Of a stretch of DNA of 64,000 nt, positions 36,529-52,300 are shown piece after piece. The notes beneath the pieces were generated by a model. The model had not been told where the DNA came from. It ran no database searches and worked only from the letters and a program-made list of their open reading frames with translations. The position numbers and the translations under genes were made by a program. The stretch is taken from NCBI RefSeq assembly GCF_040938485.1, contig NW_027271737.1:930001-994000 (forward strand), written 5' to 3'. Numbering within the stretch: the first letter of the stretch is position 1; every line of letters starts with the position of its first letter. The stretch is from Diadema antillarum. Its lineage: Eukaryota.

Positions 36529-39500
36529 CAAATGAACTTTCTTTATAAATTAATATCGTAAGTTAACACTTCCCTTCTATCCCAATTTAAGGCATGGAAT
36601 TTAGTTGAGAATAATGTTCTAAATTGACTACTGGTGGCATTTTAAGACTTAGGAGATTGTCATCGCTACAATACAATACATTGTTATGTATTCCAAAACA
36701 ACATTTGCACCAACAACTAAAGTGGTAGTAGTGGAGACAACTGCTACTCAGACGACCATCACATATACCACTTGAGCAACTGAGCAACCAACAACAGCAC
36801 CAGGTAATTTCCATTCCATTCTAATACGATTCATGTCCCATTAGTATAAACATCAACGGTAGTGGAACGCTATGGTATGGCCAAAATATTTTACCAAATA
36901 ACTGAGACGAACGATTGACCATTCTTTTCAGAATGCTACGAGCCACAAGAGCCATTGCAAGAAGTCACTGCCTTGACATACGAAGCCAGCTTCAGTCAGC
37001 CTACTACTATCAGAGGAATCAAACTACCTGCCAGCAGCTTCCCTACAATGACTACAGTAGTATTCAGGATCAAACGCGCCGAAGGAGATGAATGGATTAT
37101 TGTTCCTGCACAGAGCACAGAATCAGGATCTGGTGACTTCTCCGGTTCAGGATCGGGAGAGTCAGAGAGTCAGGTAAATCCTAAATAGACAAGTATTCCC
37201 TTGTTCTACACAGAACATACATTACCACTTCTTGTATTAATACGTTATAAAAGGAAAATGGGCGGTATTTCGCCTGTATCTTCTATTAACCCTTTATGTG
37301 CTTTGAGTGTTGATTTGCACGTACAACCCTCAAGCACTGTATCGATATCCAACGACCATGAATGATAGAGAAATGCTTAACAATATCCTTTATCTTCAGT
37401 GTACCAGTCCTAGCTGTCAAATCTCTACTTATCATCTTCTCTGATTCATCGTACTAAAACTTGTTATCTTTCTTGGAAAAACATTATTATGTCACCCCTT
37501 TATTGCAGTCGTATTTCAAACATATTTGATTTTCCGAATTTGCATTTGCATTTTCTGAACATTGTTTGGTCCAGACATCAAATTGGAAAGTTGTACTAAT
37601 GCATTGATTAATTTCTTTGTATTCTTCATAGGGCGAAGTGACGTTTTCTTTGAGTGACTCTGCTCCAACGAACCTCTGGCTTCCATCCGAATTGGGGCCT
37701 GTGCGAGCTATCGAAGCAACCTTTGGAGAAGCACTTAATCTAGGAAATGAAATCGAGGTCTACGGCTGTCAGGGTAGGTGCACTTTAAGCGACTTATTCA
37801 AAAACAACACTCTTATGTGGACAAGTTCTTGTGAGTTCAAACGGAAAATTCTCGTTCACGATTAAAATTCAAACAGTTCTATCTAACGTGTCTCTCGTAA
37901 TCCTTAAAAGTTCTAGTTACGCAGAAAAGGAATATACTATGATTTATTTCTAATCATTTGATTCTTTATCCATGTATAGATTATAAGACACATTGCATTC
38001 ACTCCGTGCGCTATGAGCGGTATAATAAGTGAACTTACAGCATTTTAAGTTGTTAGTTATGGCCAGATCAATTTCATTAAAAAGGTTCCTATGGATTTAT
38101 TTTCCCCTTTGTTTGTATATTACCGCAGGACCCACTCCGGCTCCAACCACGAGAGGTACCTCTCCCCCAGGTAATACATTACATTTTTATAAAAATATTA
38201 GGTTTTCTCGGTTTGGTCAAATACCATGAAACATTGAATAAGTAAAAAAAATAATAATATTTCTTTTAAAGCTCAATACCACAGCGAAGCGCCAAACGCT
38301 GCAATCTCATTTTTTTTCCTCAACATCTAAAGCGATGACACTGTTTTTTTTTTTTCAAAATACACTTGAAATCATCATCTAAGTCAAGGAAAGAAGGAAA
38401 ATTGTCTTTGAAGATATAATTATTTCATATTTCACCACTGTCTAATACGACTGTATTCGATCCAGAAGGAGAATGTTCTCATTTGTTTCTTTCTCTCAAC
38501 ATTTACAGAAACGACAACTCTGGGTCAGTCAGGTAGGTCTACGTCTCCATTGTATTTCTAACCTTTTTGAATTAACATGTACCAAAAAAAGAAAATCAGA
38601 TATCACTAAATGATAATTGCTTTAAGATCAAACTGGTTTCGACTATTCTTCGCCATAAGTCTTCTCTTTAAAAACAAAAGTCTCTCAACTGTCAAAAACA
38701 CTGAGTGAAAGATACATGTGTGTCGTTTTCTCCTTTTTCACAGAAGTGACAACAAGGACGCGAACGCGAGCGACAACGACTACTGCTCCAGGAACCGAGC
38801 AAACAACAGCAGTAGTAGAGGAAACTACTGCCACTCCTGAAGCAACAACTACAACTCAGACAACTGTTACATCGACCACAACAGCACGACAGGAATCTAC
38901 AACGCCAGGTAACTTCTCACTTCCATTTTTCCAAGACTCGTGTCCGAAGACGTAAAACCTGAATTATGTCATGTAAAACTAGAAGGCGGTCACTCAACTC
39001 TTTCGTGTTAGCGTAACCTCTTCCTTCATCTTCATTCTGCTTGATGGTATCCAGCAACCAAGTTTGCTTAACTAAACGAATGACTAAAATGCATATGTTA
39101 ATATCTCTTTCAATGACTTTAACGTGTTACTGTTCACTTAATATTGTACCCTACAAATTCGTCGTCACGCCCGTCTACATCCAAGACATTTCTTTTATTT
39201 ACCAGCTGCTTGCAGAAAACCACTGGATGGCGTGGATCTTGATACTAAATTGGAAGTTTTACTTGACAACAATAAAACCAACCTTTGGAGCGAACCTACT
39301 TCAGAGAGGACAGTGAAGGTCACTGTCAAATCAGTCGATGACACCTCAGACCTGACGATTAAGATATCAGCTGTCAGCATAAGCACAACCAATGGTTCAC
39401 CTCCCGATAGCGTTACAATTGGTGTCCTCTCGTCCAGCGATGGACCTGTTGAACGCGAATTTACAGCTCAACCCGGAGACGATCAGACTCAAGGAATGTA

Positions 39501-40321
39501 CGAGCTTCGAAACTTGACAGGTTTGAATGAAGTTTATTTCGAAATCACTCTTCCTGACGACTACAACGTGGCAGATTCGGAATTGACGGTGACATTCAGA
39601 GGATGTATTGAAACAGGTAATTTCATTTCTTTATGCGCTGAAGAAGTCCTCATTCATCTCTTTTGTTCTTGTATATGATCTATACATTTCTCCCACTAAA
39701 TTTAACCACTACCTGCTGATATTGCAACAGCATATCAACTTTGGAATTTTGTGTGATCACAAAAAGATGATTGGCAGGTTATTGATTTGGTAAATTTATG
39801 TCTATACATTTTTCACCCATTACTCCTGCACTTTAATTCTTTTTTCTAATTAATCAGTCCTCATCCATCTCTTTTGATCGTGTAATGATCCATTCATATA
39901 TAACCGGTAACTGCTGATATTCCAACAACACATCAACTTCAGAATTTTAAGTAATCACAAAGAAAAAAAAAGATAATTGGCATGTTATTGCTTTGGTAGG
40001 TTTATGTCCATATATTTCTTGCTGATTATTCTGATACTTTATAACAGTGCACTCAACTTATCAGCAACAATTTCACACTACACTACACTACGATTCATTA
40101 TTGTTTCATTAATCAGCAACGGGCATGGAAACAACAGTAGTTACAACCGTTGTAACTACAACTGTACCTACCACCACGTCGAAACCCACAACAGTCACTG
40201 AAGCTACCACCACAGCTGTTACCACAACAACTCCGATGGGTACTACTAGGATGGAGGAGACCACAACTCTTTCTACTACTACTACTCCTGGTCAGACTAC
40301 AGCAATGGGTAAAGCCTTGTT

Positions 40322-40356
<35 letters not shown>

Positions 40357-43300
40357 CAAATGAACTTTCTTTATAAATTAATATCGTAAGTTAACACTTC
40401 CCTTCTATCCCAATTTAAGGCATGGAATTTAGTTGAGAATAATGTTCTAAATTGACTACTGGTGGCATTTTAAGACTTAGGAGATTGTCATCGCTACAAT
40501 ACAATACATTGTTATGTATTCCAAAACAACATTTGCACCAACAACTAAAGTGGTAGTAGTGGAGACAACTGCTACTCAGTCGACCATCACATATACCACT
40601 TGAGCAACTGAGCAACCAACAACAGCACCAGGTAATTTCCATTCCATTCTAATACGATTCATGTCCCATTAGTATAAACATCAACGGTAGTGGAACGCTA
40701 CGGTATGGCCAAAATATTTTACCCAATAACTGAGACGAACGATTGACCATTCTTTTCAGAATGCTACGAGCCACAAGAGCCATTGCAAGAAGTCACTGCC
40801 TTGACATACGAAGCCAGCTTCAGTCAGCCTACTACTATCAGAGGAATCAAACTACCATCGGGAGAGTCAGAGAGTCAGGTAAATCCTAAATAGACAAGTA
40901 TTCCCTTGTTCTACACAGAACATACATTACCACTTCTTGTATTAATACGTTATAAAAGGAAAATGGGCGGTATTTCGCCTGTATCTTCTATTAACCCTTT
41001 ATGTGCTTTGAGTGTTGATTTGCACGTACAACCCTAAAGCACTGTATCGATATCCAACGACCATAAATGATAGAGAAATGCTTAAAAACATCCTTTATCT
41101 TCAGTGTACCAGTCCTAGCTGTCAAATCTCTACTTATCATCTTCTCTGATTCATCGTACTAAAACTTGTTATCTTTCTTGGAAAAACATTATTATGTCAC
41201 CCCTTTATTGCAGTCGTATTTCAAACATATTTGATTTTCCGGATTTGCATTTGCATTTTCTGAACATTGTTTGGTCCAGACATCAAATTGGAAAGTTGTA
41301 CTAATGCATTGATTAATTTCTTTGTATTCTTCATAGGGCGAAGTGACGTTTTCTTTGAGTGACTCTGCTCCAACGAACCTCTGGCTTCCATCCGAATTGG
41401 GGCCTGTGCGAGCTATCGAAGCAACCTTTGGAGAAGCACTTAATCTAGGAAATGAAATCGAGGTCTACGGCTGTCAGGGTAGGTGCACTTTAAGCGACTT
41501 ATTAAAAAACAACACTCTTATGTGGACAAGTTCTTGTGAGTTCAAACGGAAAATTCTCGTTCACGATTAAAATTCAAACAGTTCTATCTAACGTGTCTCT
41601 CGTAATCCTTAAAAGTTCTAGTTACGCAGAAAAGGAATATACTATGATTTATTTCTAATCATTTGATTCTTTATCCATGTATAGATTATAAGACACATTG
41701 CATTCACTCCGTGCGCTATGAGCGGTATAATAAGTGAACTTACAGCATTTTAAGTTGTTAGTTATGGCCAGATCAATTTCATTAAAAAGGTTCCTATGGA
41801 TTTATTTTCCCCTTTGTTTGTATATTACCGCAGGACCCACTCCGGCTCCAACCACGAGAGGTACCTCTCCCCCAGGTAATACATTACATTTTTATAAAAA
41901 TATTAGGTTTTCTCGGTTTGGTCAAATACCATGAAACATTGAATAAGTAAAAAAAATAATAATATTTCTTTTAAAGCTCAATACCACAATGAAGCGCCAA
42001 ACGCTGCAATCTCATTTTTTTTCCTCAACATCTAAAGCGATGACACTGTTTTTTTTTTTTCAAAATACACTTGAAATCATCATCTAAGTCAAGGAAAGAA
42101 GGAAAATTGTCTTTGAAGATATAATTATTTCATATTTCACCACTGTCTAATACGACTGTATTCGATCCAGAAGGAGAATGTTCTCATTTGTTTCTTTCTC
42201 TCAACATTTACAGAAACGACAACTCTGGGTCAGTCAGGTAGGTCTACGTCTCCATTGTATTTCTAACCTTTTTGAATTAACATGTACCAAAAAAAGAAAA
42301 TCAGATATCACTAAATGATAATTGCTTTAAGATCAAACTGGTTTCGACTATTCTTCGCCATAAGTCTTCTCTTTAAAAACAAAAGTCTCTCAACTGTCAA
42401 AAACACTGAGTGAAAGATACATGTGTGTCGTTTTCTCCTTTTTCACAGAAGTGACAACAAGGACGCGAACGCGAGCGACAACGACTACTGCTCCAGGAAC
42501 CGAGCAAACAACAGCAGTAGTAGAGGAAACTACTGCCACTCCTGAAGCAACAACTACAACTCAGACAACTGTTACATCGACCACAACAGCACGACAGGAA
42601 TCTACAACGCCAGGTAACTTCTCACTTCCATTTTTCCAAGACTCGTGTCCGAAGACGTAAAACCTGAATTATGTCATGTAAAACTAGAAGGCGGTCACTC
42701 AACTCTTTCGTGTTAGCGTAACCTCTTCCTTCATCTTCATTCTGCTTGATGGTATCCAGCAACCAAGTTTGCTTAACTAAACGAATGACTAAAATGCATA
42801 TGTTAATATCTCTTTCAATGACTTTAACGTGTTACTGTTCACTTAACAATATTGTACCCTACAAATTCGTCGTCACGCCCGTCTACATCCAAGACATTTC
42901 TTTTATTTACCAGCTGCTTGCAGAAAACCACTGGATGGCGTGGATCTTGATACTAAATTGGAAGTTTTACTTGACAACAATAAAACCAACCTTTGGAGCG
43001 AACCTACTTCAGAGAGGACAGTGAAGGTCACTGTCAAATCAGTCGATGACACCTCAGACCTGACGATTAAGATATCAGCTGTCAGCATAAGCACAACCAA
43101 TGGTTCACCTCCCGATAGCGTTACAATTGGTGTCCTCTCGTCCAGCGATGGACCTGTTGAACGCGAATTTACAGCTCAACCCGGAGACGATCAGACTCAA
43201 GGAATGTACGAGCTTCGAAACTTGACTGGTTTGAATGAAGTTTATTTCGAAATCACTCTTCCTGACGACTACAACGTGGCAGATTCGGAATTGACGGTGA

Positions 43301-46300
43301 CATTCAGAGGATGTATTGAAACAGGTAATTTCATTTCTTTATGCGCTGAAGAAGTCCTCATTCATCTCTTTTGTTCTTGTATATGATCTATACATTTCTC
43401 CCACTAAATTTAACCACTACCTGCTGATATTGCAACAGCATATCAACTTTGGAATTTTGTGTGATCACAAAAAGATGATTGGCAGGTTATTGATTTGGTA
43501 AATTTATGTCTATACATTTTTCACCCATTACTCCTGCACTTTAATTCTTTTTTCTAATTAATCAGTCCTCATCCATCTCTTTTGATCGTGTAATGATCCA
43601 TTCATATATAACCGGTAACTGCTGATATTCCAACAACACATCAACTTCAGAATTTTAAGTAATCACAAAGAAAAAAAAAAAGATAATTGGCATGTTATTG
43701 CTTTGGTAGGTTTATGTCCATATATTTCTTGCTGATTATTCTGGTACTTTATAACAGTGCACTCAACTTATCAGCAACAATTTCACACTACACTACACTA
43801 CGATTCATTTTTGTTTCATTAATCAGCAACGGGCATGGAAACAACAGTAGTTACAACCGTTGTAACTACAACTGTACCTACCACCACGTCGAAACCCACA
43901 ACAGTCACTGAAGCTACAACCACAGCTGTTACCACAACAACTCCAATGGGTACTACTAGGACGGAGGAGACCACAAGTGTTACTACTGCTACTCCTGCTA
44001 AGACCACAGCAATGGGTAAAGCCTTGTTGTTTATTTTTTCTCTTTGGTTGGCAATGAACTTTCTTTATAAATTCATCGTGTAACAGTCACCCTTCTATCC
44101 CAATTTAAGGCATGGAATTTAGTTGAGAATAATGTTCTAAATTGACTACTGGTGGCATTTTAAGACTTAGGAGATTGTCATCGCTACAATACAATACATT
44201 GTTATGTATTCCAAAACAACATTTGCACCAACAACTAAAGTGGTAGTAGTGGAGACAACTGCTACTCAGTCGACCATCACATATACCACTTGAGCAACTG
44301 AGCAACCAACAACAGCACCAGGTATCCCATTCTAATACGATTCATGCCATTAGTATTAACATCAACGGTAGTGGAACGCTATGGTATGGCCAAAATATTT
44401 TACCCAATAACTGAGACGAACGATTGACCATTCTTTTCAGAATGCTACGAGCCACAAGAGCCATTGCAAGAAGTCACTGCCTTGACATACGAAGCCAGCT
44501 TCAGTCAGCCTACTACTATCAGAGGAATCAAACTACCTGCCAGCAGCTTCCCTACAATGACTACAGTAGTATTCAGGATCAAACGCGCCGAAGGAGATGA
44601 ATGGATTATTGTTCCTGCACAGAGCACAGAATCAGGATCTGGTGACTTCTCCGGTTCAGGATCGGGAGAGTCAGAGAGTCAGGTAAATCCTAAATAGACA
44701 AGTATTCCCTTGTTCTACACAGAACATACATTACCACTTCTTGTATTAATACGTTATAAAAGGAAAATGGGCGGTATTTCGCCTGTATCTTCTATTAACC
44801 CTTTATGTGCTTTGAGTGTTGATTTGCACGTACAACCCTAAAGCACTGTATCGATATCCAACGACCATGAATGATAGAGAAATGCTTAACAATATCCTTT
44901 ATCTTCAGTGTACCAGTCCTAGCTGTCAAATCTCTACTTATCATCTTCTCTGATTCATCGTACTAAAACTTGTTATCTTTCTTGAAAAACCTTATTTTTT
45001 TTATCATCATCAAACAGATTTGATTTTCCGGATTTACATCTGGAATTTCTGAACATTGTTTGGTCAAGACATCAAATTGGAAAGTTGTACTAATGCATTG
45101 ATTAATTTCTTTGTATTCTTCATAGGGCGAAGTGACGTTTTCTTTGAGTGACTCTGCTCCAACGAACCTCTGGCTTCCATCCGAATTGGGGCCTGTGCGA
45201 GCTATCGAAGCAACCTTTGGAGAAGCACTTAATCTAGGAAATGAAATCGAGGTCTACGGCTGTCAGGGTAGGTGCACTTTAAGCGACTTATTAAAAAACA
45301 ACACTCTTATGTGGACAAGTTCTTGTGAGTTCAAACGGAAAATTCTCGTTCACGATTAAAATTCAAACAGTTCTATCTAACGTGTCTCTCGTAATCCTTA
45401 AAAGTTCTAGTTACGCAGAAAAGGAATATACTATGATTTATTTCTAATCATTTGATTCTTTATCCATGTATAGATTATAAGACACATTGCATTCACTCCG
45501 TGCGCTATGAGCGGTATAATAAGTGAACTTACAGCATTTTAAGTTGTTAGTTATGGCCAGATCAATTTCATTAAAAAGGTTCCTATGGATTTATTTTCCC
45601 CTTTGTTTGTATATTACCGCAGGACCCACTCCGGCTCCAACCACGAGAGGTACCTCTCCCCCAGGTAATACATTACATTTTTATAAAAATATTAGGTTTT
45701 CTCGGTTTGGTCAAATACCATGAAACATTGAATAAGTAAAAAAAATAATAATATTTCTTTTAAAGCTCAATACCACAATGAAGCGCCAAACGCTGCAATC
45801 TCATTTTTTTTCCTCAACATCTAAAGCGATGACACTGTTTTTTTTTTTTCAAAATACAATAAATCATCATCTAAGTCATGGAAAGCGCTATATACGTAAT
45901 TTGTCTTTCAAGACCATAGATTATTTGATATTTCAGCTCTGTCTAATACGACTATAATTGATCCATAACGACAATGTTCTCATGTTATTGTTTTTTTATC
46001 TCAACATTTACAGAAACGACAACTCTGGGTCAGTCAGGTAGGTCTACGTCTCCATTGTATTTCTAACCTTTTTGAATTAACATGTACCAAAAAAAGAAAA
46101 TCAGATATCACTAAATGATAATTGCTTTAAGATCAAACTGGTTTCGACTATTCTTCGCCATAAGTCTTCTCTTTAAAAACAAAAGTCTCTCAACTGTCAA
46201 AAACACTGAGTGAAAGATACATGTGTGTCGTTTTCTCCTTTTTCACAGAAGTGACAACAAGGACGCGAACGCGAGCGACAACGACTACTGCTCCAGGAAC

Positions 46301-49300
46301 CGAGCAAACAACAGCAGTAGTAGAGGAAACTACTGCCACTCCTGAAGCAACAACTACAACTCAGACAACTGTTACATCGACCACAACAGCACGACAGGAA
46401 TCTACAACGCCAGGTAACTTCTCACTTCCATTTTTCCAAGACTCGTGTCCGAAGACGTAAAACCTGAATTATGTCATGTAAAACTAGAAGGCGGTCACTC
46501 AACTCTTTCGTGTTAGCGTAACCTCTTCCTTCATCTTCATTCTGCTTGATGGTATCCAGCAACCAAGTTTGCTTAACTAAACGAATGACTAAAATGCATA
46601 TGTTAATATCTCTTTCAATGACTTTAACGTGTTACTGTTCACTTAACAATATTGTACCCTACAAATTCGTCGTCACGCCCGTCTACATCCAAGACATTTC
46701 TTTTATTTACCAGCTGCTTGCAGAAAACCACTGGATGGCGTGGATCTTGATACTAAATTGGAAGTTTTACTTGACAACAATAAAACCAACCTTTGGAGCG
46801 AACCTACTTCAGAGAGGACAGTGAAGGTCACTGTCAAATCAGTCGATGACACCTCAGACCTGACGATTAAGATATCAGCTGTCAGCATAAGCACAACCAA
46901 TGGTTCACCTCCCGATAGCGTTACAATTGGTGTCCTCTCGTCCAGCGATGGACCTGTTGAACGCGAATTTACAGCTCAACCCGGAGACGATCAGACTCAA
47001 GGAATGTACGAGCTTCGAAACTTGACTGGTTTGAATGAAGTTTATTTCGAAATCACTCTTCCTGACGACTACAACGTGGCAGATTCGGAATTGACGGTGA
47101 CATTCAGAGGATGTATTGAAACAGGTAATTTCATTTCTTTATGCGCTGAAGAAGTCCTCATTCATCTCTTTTGTTCTTGTATATGATCTATACATTTCTC
47201 CCACTAAATTTAACCACTACCTGCTGATATTGCAACAGCATATCAACTTTGGAATTTTGTGTGATCACAAAAAGATGATTGGCAGGTTATTGATTTGGTA
47301 AATTTATGTCTATACATTTTTCACCCATTACTCCTGCACTTTAATTCTTTTTTCTAATTAATCAGTCCTCATCCATCTCTTTTGATCGTGTAATGATCCA
47401 TTCATATATAACCGGTAACTGCTGATATTCCAACAACACATCAACTTCAGAATTTTAAGTAATCACAAAGAAAAAAAAAGATAATTGGCATGTTATTGCT
47501 TTGGTAGGTTTATGTCCATATATTTCTTGCTGATTATTCTGGTACTTTATAACAGTGCACTCAACTTATCAGCAACAATTTCACACTACACTACACTACG
47601 ATTCATTTTTGTTTCATTAATCAGCAACGGGCATGGAAACAACAGTAGTTACAACCGTTGTAACTACAACTGTCCCTACCACCACGTCGAAACCCACAAC
47701 AGTCACTGAAGCTACAACCACAGCTGTTACCACAACAACTCCAATGGGTACTACTAAAACGGAGGAGACCACAAGTGTTACTACTGCTACCCCTGCTAAG
47801 ACCACAACAATGGGTAAAGCCTTGTTGTTTATTTTTTCTCTTTGGTTCAATGGGCTTTCTTTAGAAATTCATCGTGTAAAGTCACCCTAACCACCCTATC
47901 CCATTCCTAGTCATGCCAGTGTATTAATGAGAAAACCTTATTTTTTTTATCATCATCAAAAGAGACTGTTTTTCAATTACATCTGGAATTTCCGAACATC
48001 AAGATATGTAAAACAATAAATCATCATCTAAGTCATGGAAAGCGCTATATACGTAATTTGTCTTTCAAGACCATAGATTATTTGATATTTCAGCTCTGTC
48101 TAATACGAATATAATTGATCCATAACGACAATGTTCTCATGTTATTGTTTTTTTATCTCAACATTTACAGAAACGACAACTCTGGGTCAGTCAGGTAGGT
48201 CTAAGTCTCCATTATTATAATTGCAATTTTTGAATTAACAATTACACACACACAAATGAGTTATCACGAAAAAATTATTGCTTTAGTATCAAACTGGTTT
48301 CGACTCTTCTTCGCTCTAACTCTTCTCTTAAATAAAAAAAAACAACTTTCTCTCAACTCTCATAATCACTTAGTGATAGATACATGCGTATCGTGTTTTT
48401 TTTTTTTTTTTTTTTTACAGAAGTCACAACAAGGTCGCGAACGCGAGCGACAACTACTACTGCTCCAGGAACCGAGCAAACAACAGCTGTGGTAGAGGAA
48501 ACTACTGCAACTCCTGAAGCAACAACTACAACTCAGACAACTGTTACATCGACCACAACAGTAGGACAGGAATCTACAACGCCAGGTAACTTATCACTTT
48601 CATTTTTGCAGAACTCGTGTTCGAAGACTTAAAACCTGAATTATGTCATGTAAAACTAGAAGGCGGTCACTCAACTCTTTCATGTTAGCATAACCTCTTC
48701 CTTCATCTACATTCTGCTTTATGGTATCCAGCAACCCAGTTTGCTTAACTAAACGAATGACTAAAATGCATATGTTAATATCTCTCTCAATGACTTTAAC
48801 GTGTTACTGTTCACTTAACAATATTGTACCCTACAAATTCGTCGTCACGCCCATCTACATCCAAGACATTTCTTTTATTTACCAGCTGCTTGCAGAAAAC
48901 CACTGGATGGCGTGGATCTTGATACTAAATTGGAAGTTTTACTTGACAACAATAAAACCAACCTTTGGAGCGAACCTACTTCAGAGAGGACAGTGAAGGT
49001 CACTGTCAAATCAGTCGATGACACCTCAGACCTGACGATTAAGATATCAGCTGTCAGCATAAGCACAACCAATGGTTCACCTCCCGATAGCGTTACAATT
49101 GGTGTCCTCTCGTCCAGCGATGGACCTGTTGAACGCGAATTTACAGCTCAACCCGGAGACGATCAGACTCAAGGAATGTACGAGCTTCGAAACTTGACTG
49201 GTTTGAATGAAGTTTATTTCGAAATCACTCTTCCTGACGACTACAACGTGGCAGATTCGGAATTGACGGTGACATTCAGAGGATGTATTGAAACAGGTAA

Positions 49301-52300
49301 TTTCATTTCTTTATGCGCTGAAGAAGTCCTCATTCATCTCTTTTGTTCTTGTATATGATCTATACATTTCTCCCACTAAATTTAACCACTACCTGCTGAT
49401 ATTGCAACAGCATATCAACTTTGGAATTTTGTGTGATCACAAAAAGATGATTGGCAGGTTATTGATTTGGTAAATTTATGTTTATACATTTTTCACCCAT
49501 TACTCCTGCACTTTAATTCTTTTTTCTAATTAATCAGTCCTCATCCATCTCTTTTGATCGTGTAATGATCCATTCATATATAACCGGTAACTGCTGATAT
49601 TCCAACAACACATCAACTTCAGAATTTTAAGTAATCACAAAGAAAAAAAAAGATAATTGGCATGTTATTGCTTTGGTAGGTTTATGTCCATATATTTCTT
49701 GCTGATTATTCTGGTACTTTATAACAGTGCACTCAACTTATCAGCAACAATTTCACACTACACTACACTACGATTCATTTTTGTTTCATTAATCAGCAAC
49801 GGGCATGGAAACAACAGTAGTTACAACCGTTGTAACTACAACTGTACCTACCACCACGTCGAAACCCACAACAGTCACTGAAGCTACAACCACAGCTGTT
49901 ACCACAACAACTCCAATGGGTACTACTAAAACGGAGGAGACCACAAGTGTTACTACTGCTACCCCTGCTAAGACCACAACAATGGGTAAAGCCTTGTTGT
50001 TTATTTTTTCTCTTTGGTTCAATGGGCTTTCTTTAGAAATTCATCGTGTAAAGTCACCCTAACCACCCTATCCCATTCCTAGTCATGCCAGTGTATTAAT
50101 GAGAAAACCTTATTTTTTTTATCATCATCAAAAGAGACTGTTTTTCAATTACATCTGGAATTTCCGAACATCAAGATATGTAAAACAATAAATCATCATC
50201 TAAGTCATGGAAAGCGCTATATACGTAATTTGTCTTTCAAGACCATAGATTATTTGATATTTCAGCTCTGTCTAATACGAATATAATTGATCCATAACGA
50301 CAATGTTCTCATGTTATTGTTTTTTTATCTCAACATTTACAGAAACGACAACTCTGGGTCAGTCAGGTAGGTCTAAGTCTCCATTATTATAATTGCAATT
50401 TTTGAATTAACAATTACACACACACAAATGAGTTATCACGAAAAAATTATTGCTTTAGTATCAAACTGGTTTCGACTCTTCTTCGCTCTAACTCTTCTCT
50501 TAAATAAAAAAAAACAACTTTCTCTCAACTCTCATAATCACTTAGTGATAGATACATGCGTATCGTGTTTTTTTTTTTTTTTTTTTTTTTACAGAAGTCA
50601 CAACAAGGTCGCGAACGCGAGCGACAACTACTACTGCTCCAGGAACCGAGCAAACAACAGCTGTGGTAGAGGAAACTACTGCAACTCCTGAAGCAACAAC
50701 TACAACTCAGACAACTGTTACATCGACCACAACAGTAGGACAGGAATCTACAACGCCAGGTAACTTATCACTTTCATTTTTGCAGAACTCGTGTTCGAAG
50801 ACTTAAAACCTGAATTATGTCATGTAAAACTAGAAGGCGGTCACTCAACTCTTTCATGTTAGCATAACCTCTTCCTTCATCTACATTCTGCTTTATGGTA
50901 TCCAGCAACCCAGTTTGCTTAACTAAACGAATGACTAAAATGCATATGTTAATATCTCTCTCAATGACTTTAACGTGTTACTGTTCACTTAACAATATTG
51001 TACCCTACAAATTCGTCGTCACGCCCATCTACATCCAAGACATTTCTTTTATTTACCAGCTGCTTGCAGAAAACCACTGGATGGCGTGGATCTTGATACT
51101 AAATTGGAAGTTTTACTTGACAACAATAAAACCAACCTTTGGAGCGAACCTACTTCAGAGAGGACAGTGAAGGTCACTGTCAAATCAGTCGATGACACCT
51201 CAGACCTGACGATTAAGATATCAGCTGTCAGCATAAGCACAACCAATGGTTCACCTCCCGATAGCGTTACAATTGGTGTCCTCTCGTCCAGCGATGGACC
51301 TGTTGAACGCGAATTTACAGCTCAACCCGGAGACGATCAGACTCAAGGAATGTACGAGCTTCGAAACTTGACTGGTTTGAATGAAGTTTATTTCGAAATC
51401 ACTCTTCCTGACGACTACAACGTGGCAGATTCGGAATTGACGGTGACATTCAGAGGATGTATTGAAACAGGTAATTTCATTTCTTTATGCGCTGAAGAAG
51501 TCCTCATTCATCTCTTTTGTTCTTGTATATGATCTATACATTTCTCCCACTAAATTTAACCACTACCTGCTGATATTGCAACAGCATATCAACTTTGGAA
51601 TTTTGTGTGATCACAAAAAGATGATTGGCAGGTTATTGATTTGGTAAATTTATGTCTATACATTTTTCACCCATTACTCCTGCACTTTAATTCTTTTTTC
51701 TAATTAATCAGTCCTCATCCATCTCTTTTGATCGTGTAATGATCCATTCATATATAACCGGTAACTGCTGATATTCCAACAACACATCAACTTCAGAATT
51801 TTAAGTAATCACAAAGAAAAAAAAAGATAATTGGCATGTTATTGCTTTGGTAGGTTTATGTCCATATATTTCTTGCTGATTATTCTGGTACTTTATAACA
51901 GTGCACTCAACTTATCAGCAACAATTTCACACTACACTACACTACGATTCATTTTTGTTTCATTAATCAGCAACGGGCATGGAAACAACAGTAGTTACAA
52001 CCGTTGTAACTACAACTGTACCTACCACCACGTCGAAACCCACAACAGTCACTGAAGCTACAACCACAGCTGTTACCACAACAACTCCAATGGGTACTAC
52101 TAAAACGGAGGAGACCACAAGTGTTACTACTGCTACCCCTGCTAAGACCACAACAATGGGTAAAGCCTTGTTGTTTATTTTTTCTCTTTGGTTCAATGGG
52201 CTTTCTTTAGAAATTCATCGTGTAAAGTCACCCTAACCACCCTATCCCATTCCTAGTCATGCCAGTGTATTAATGAGAAAACCTTATTTTTTTTTATCAT

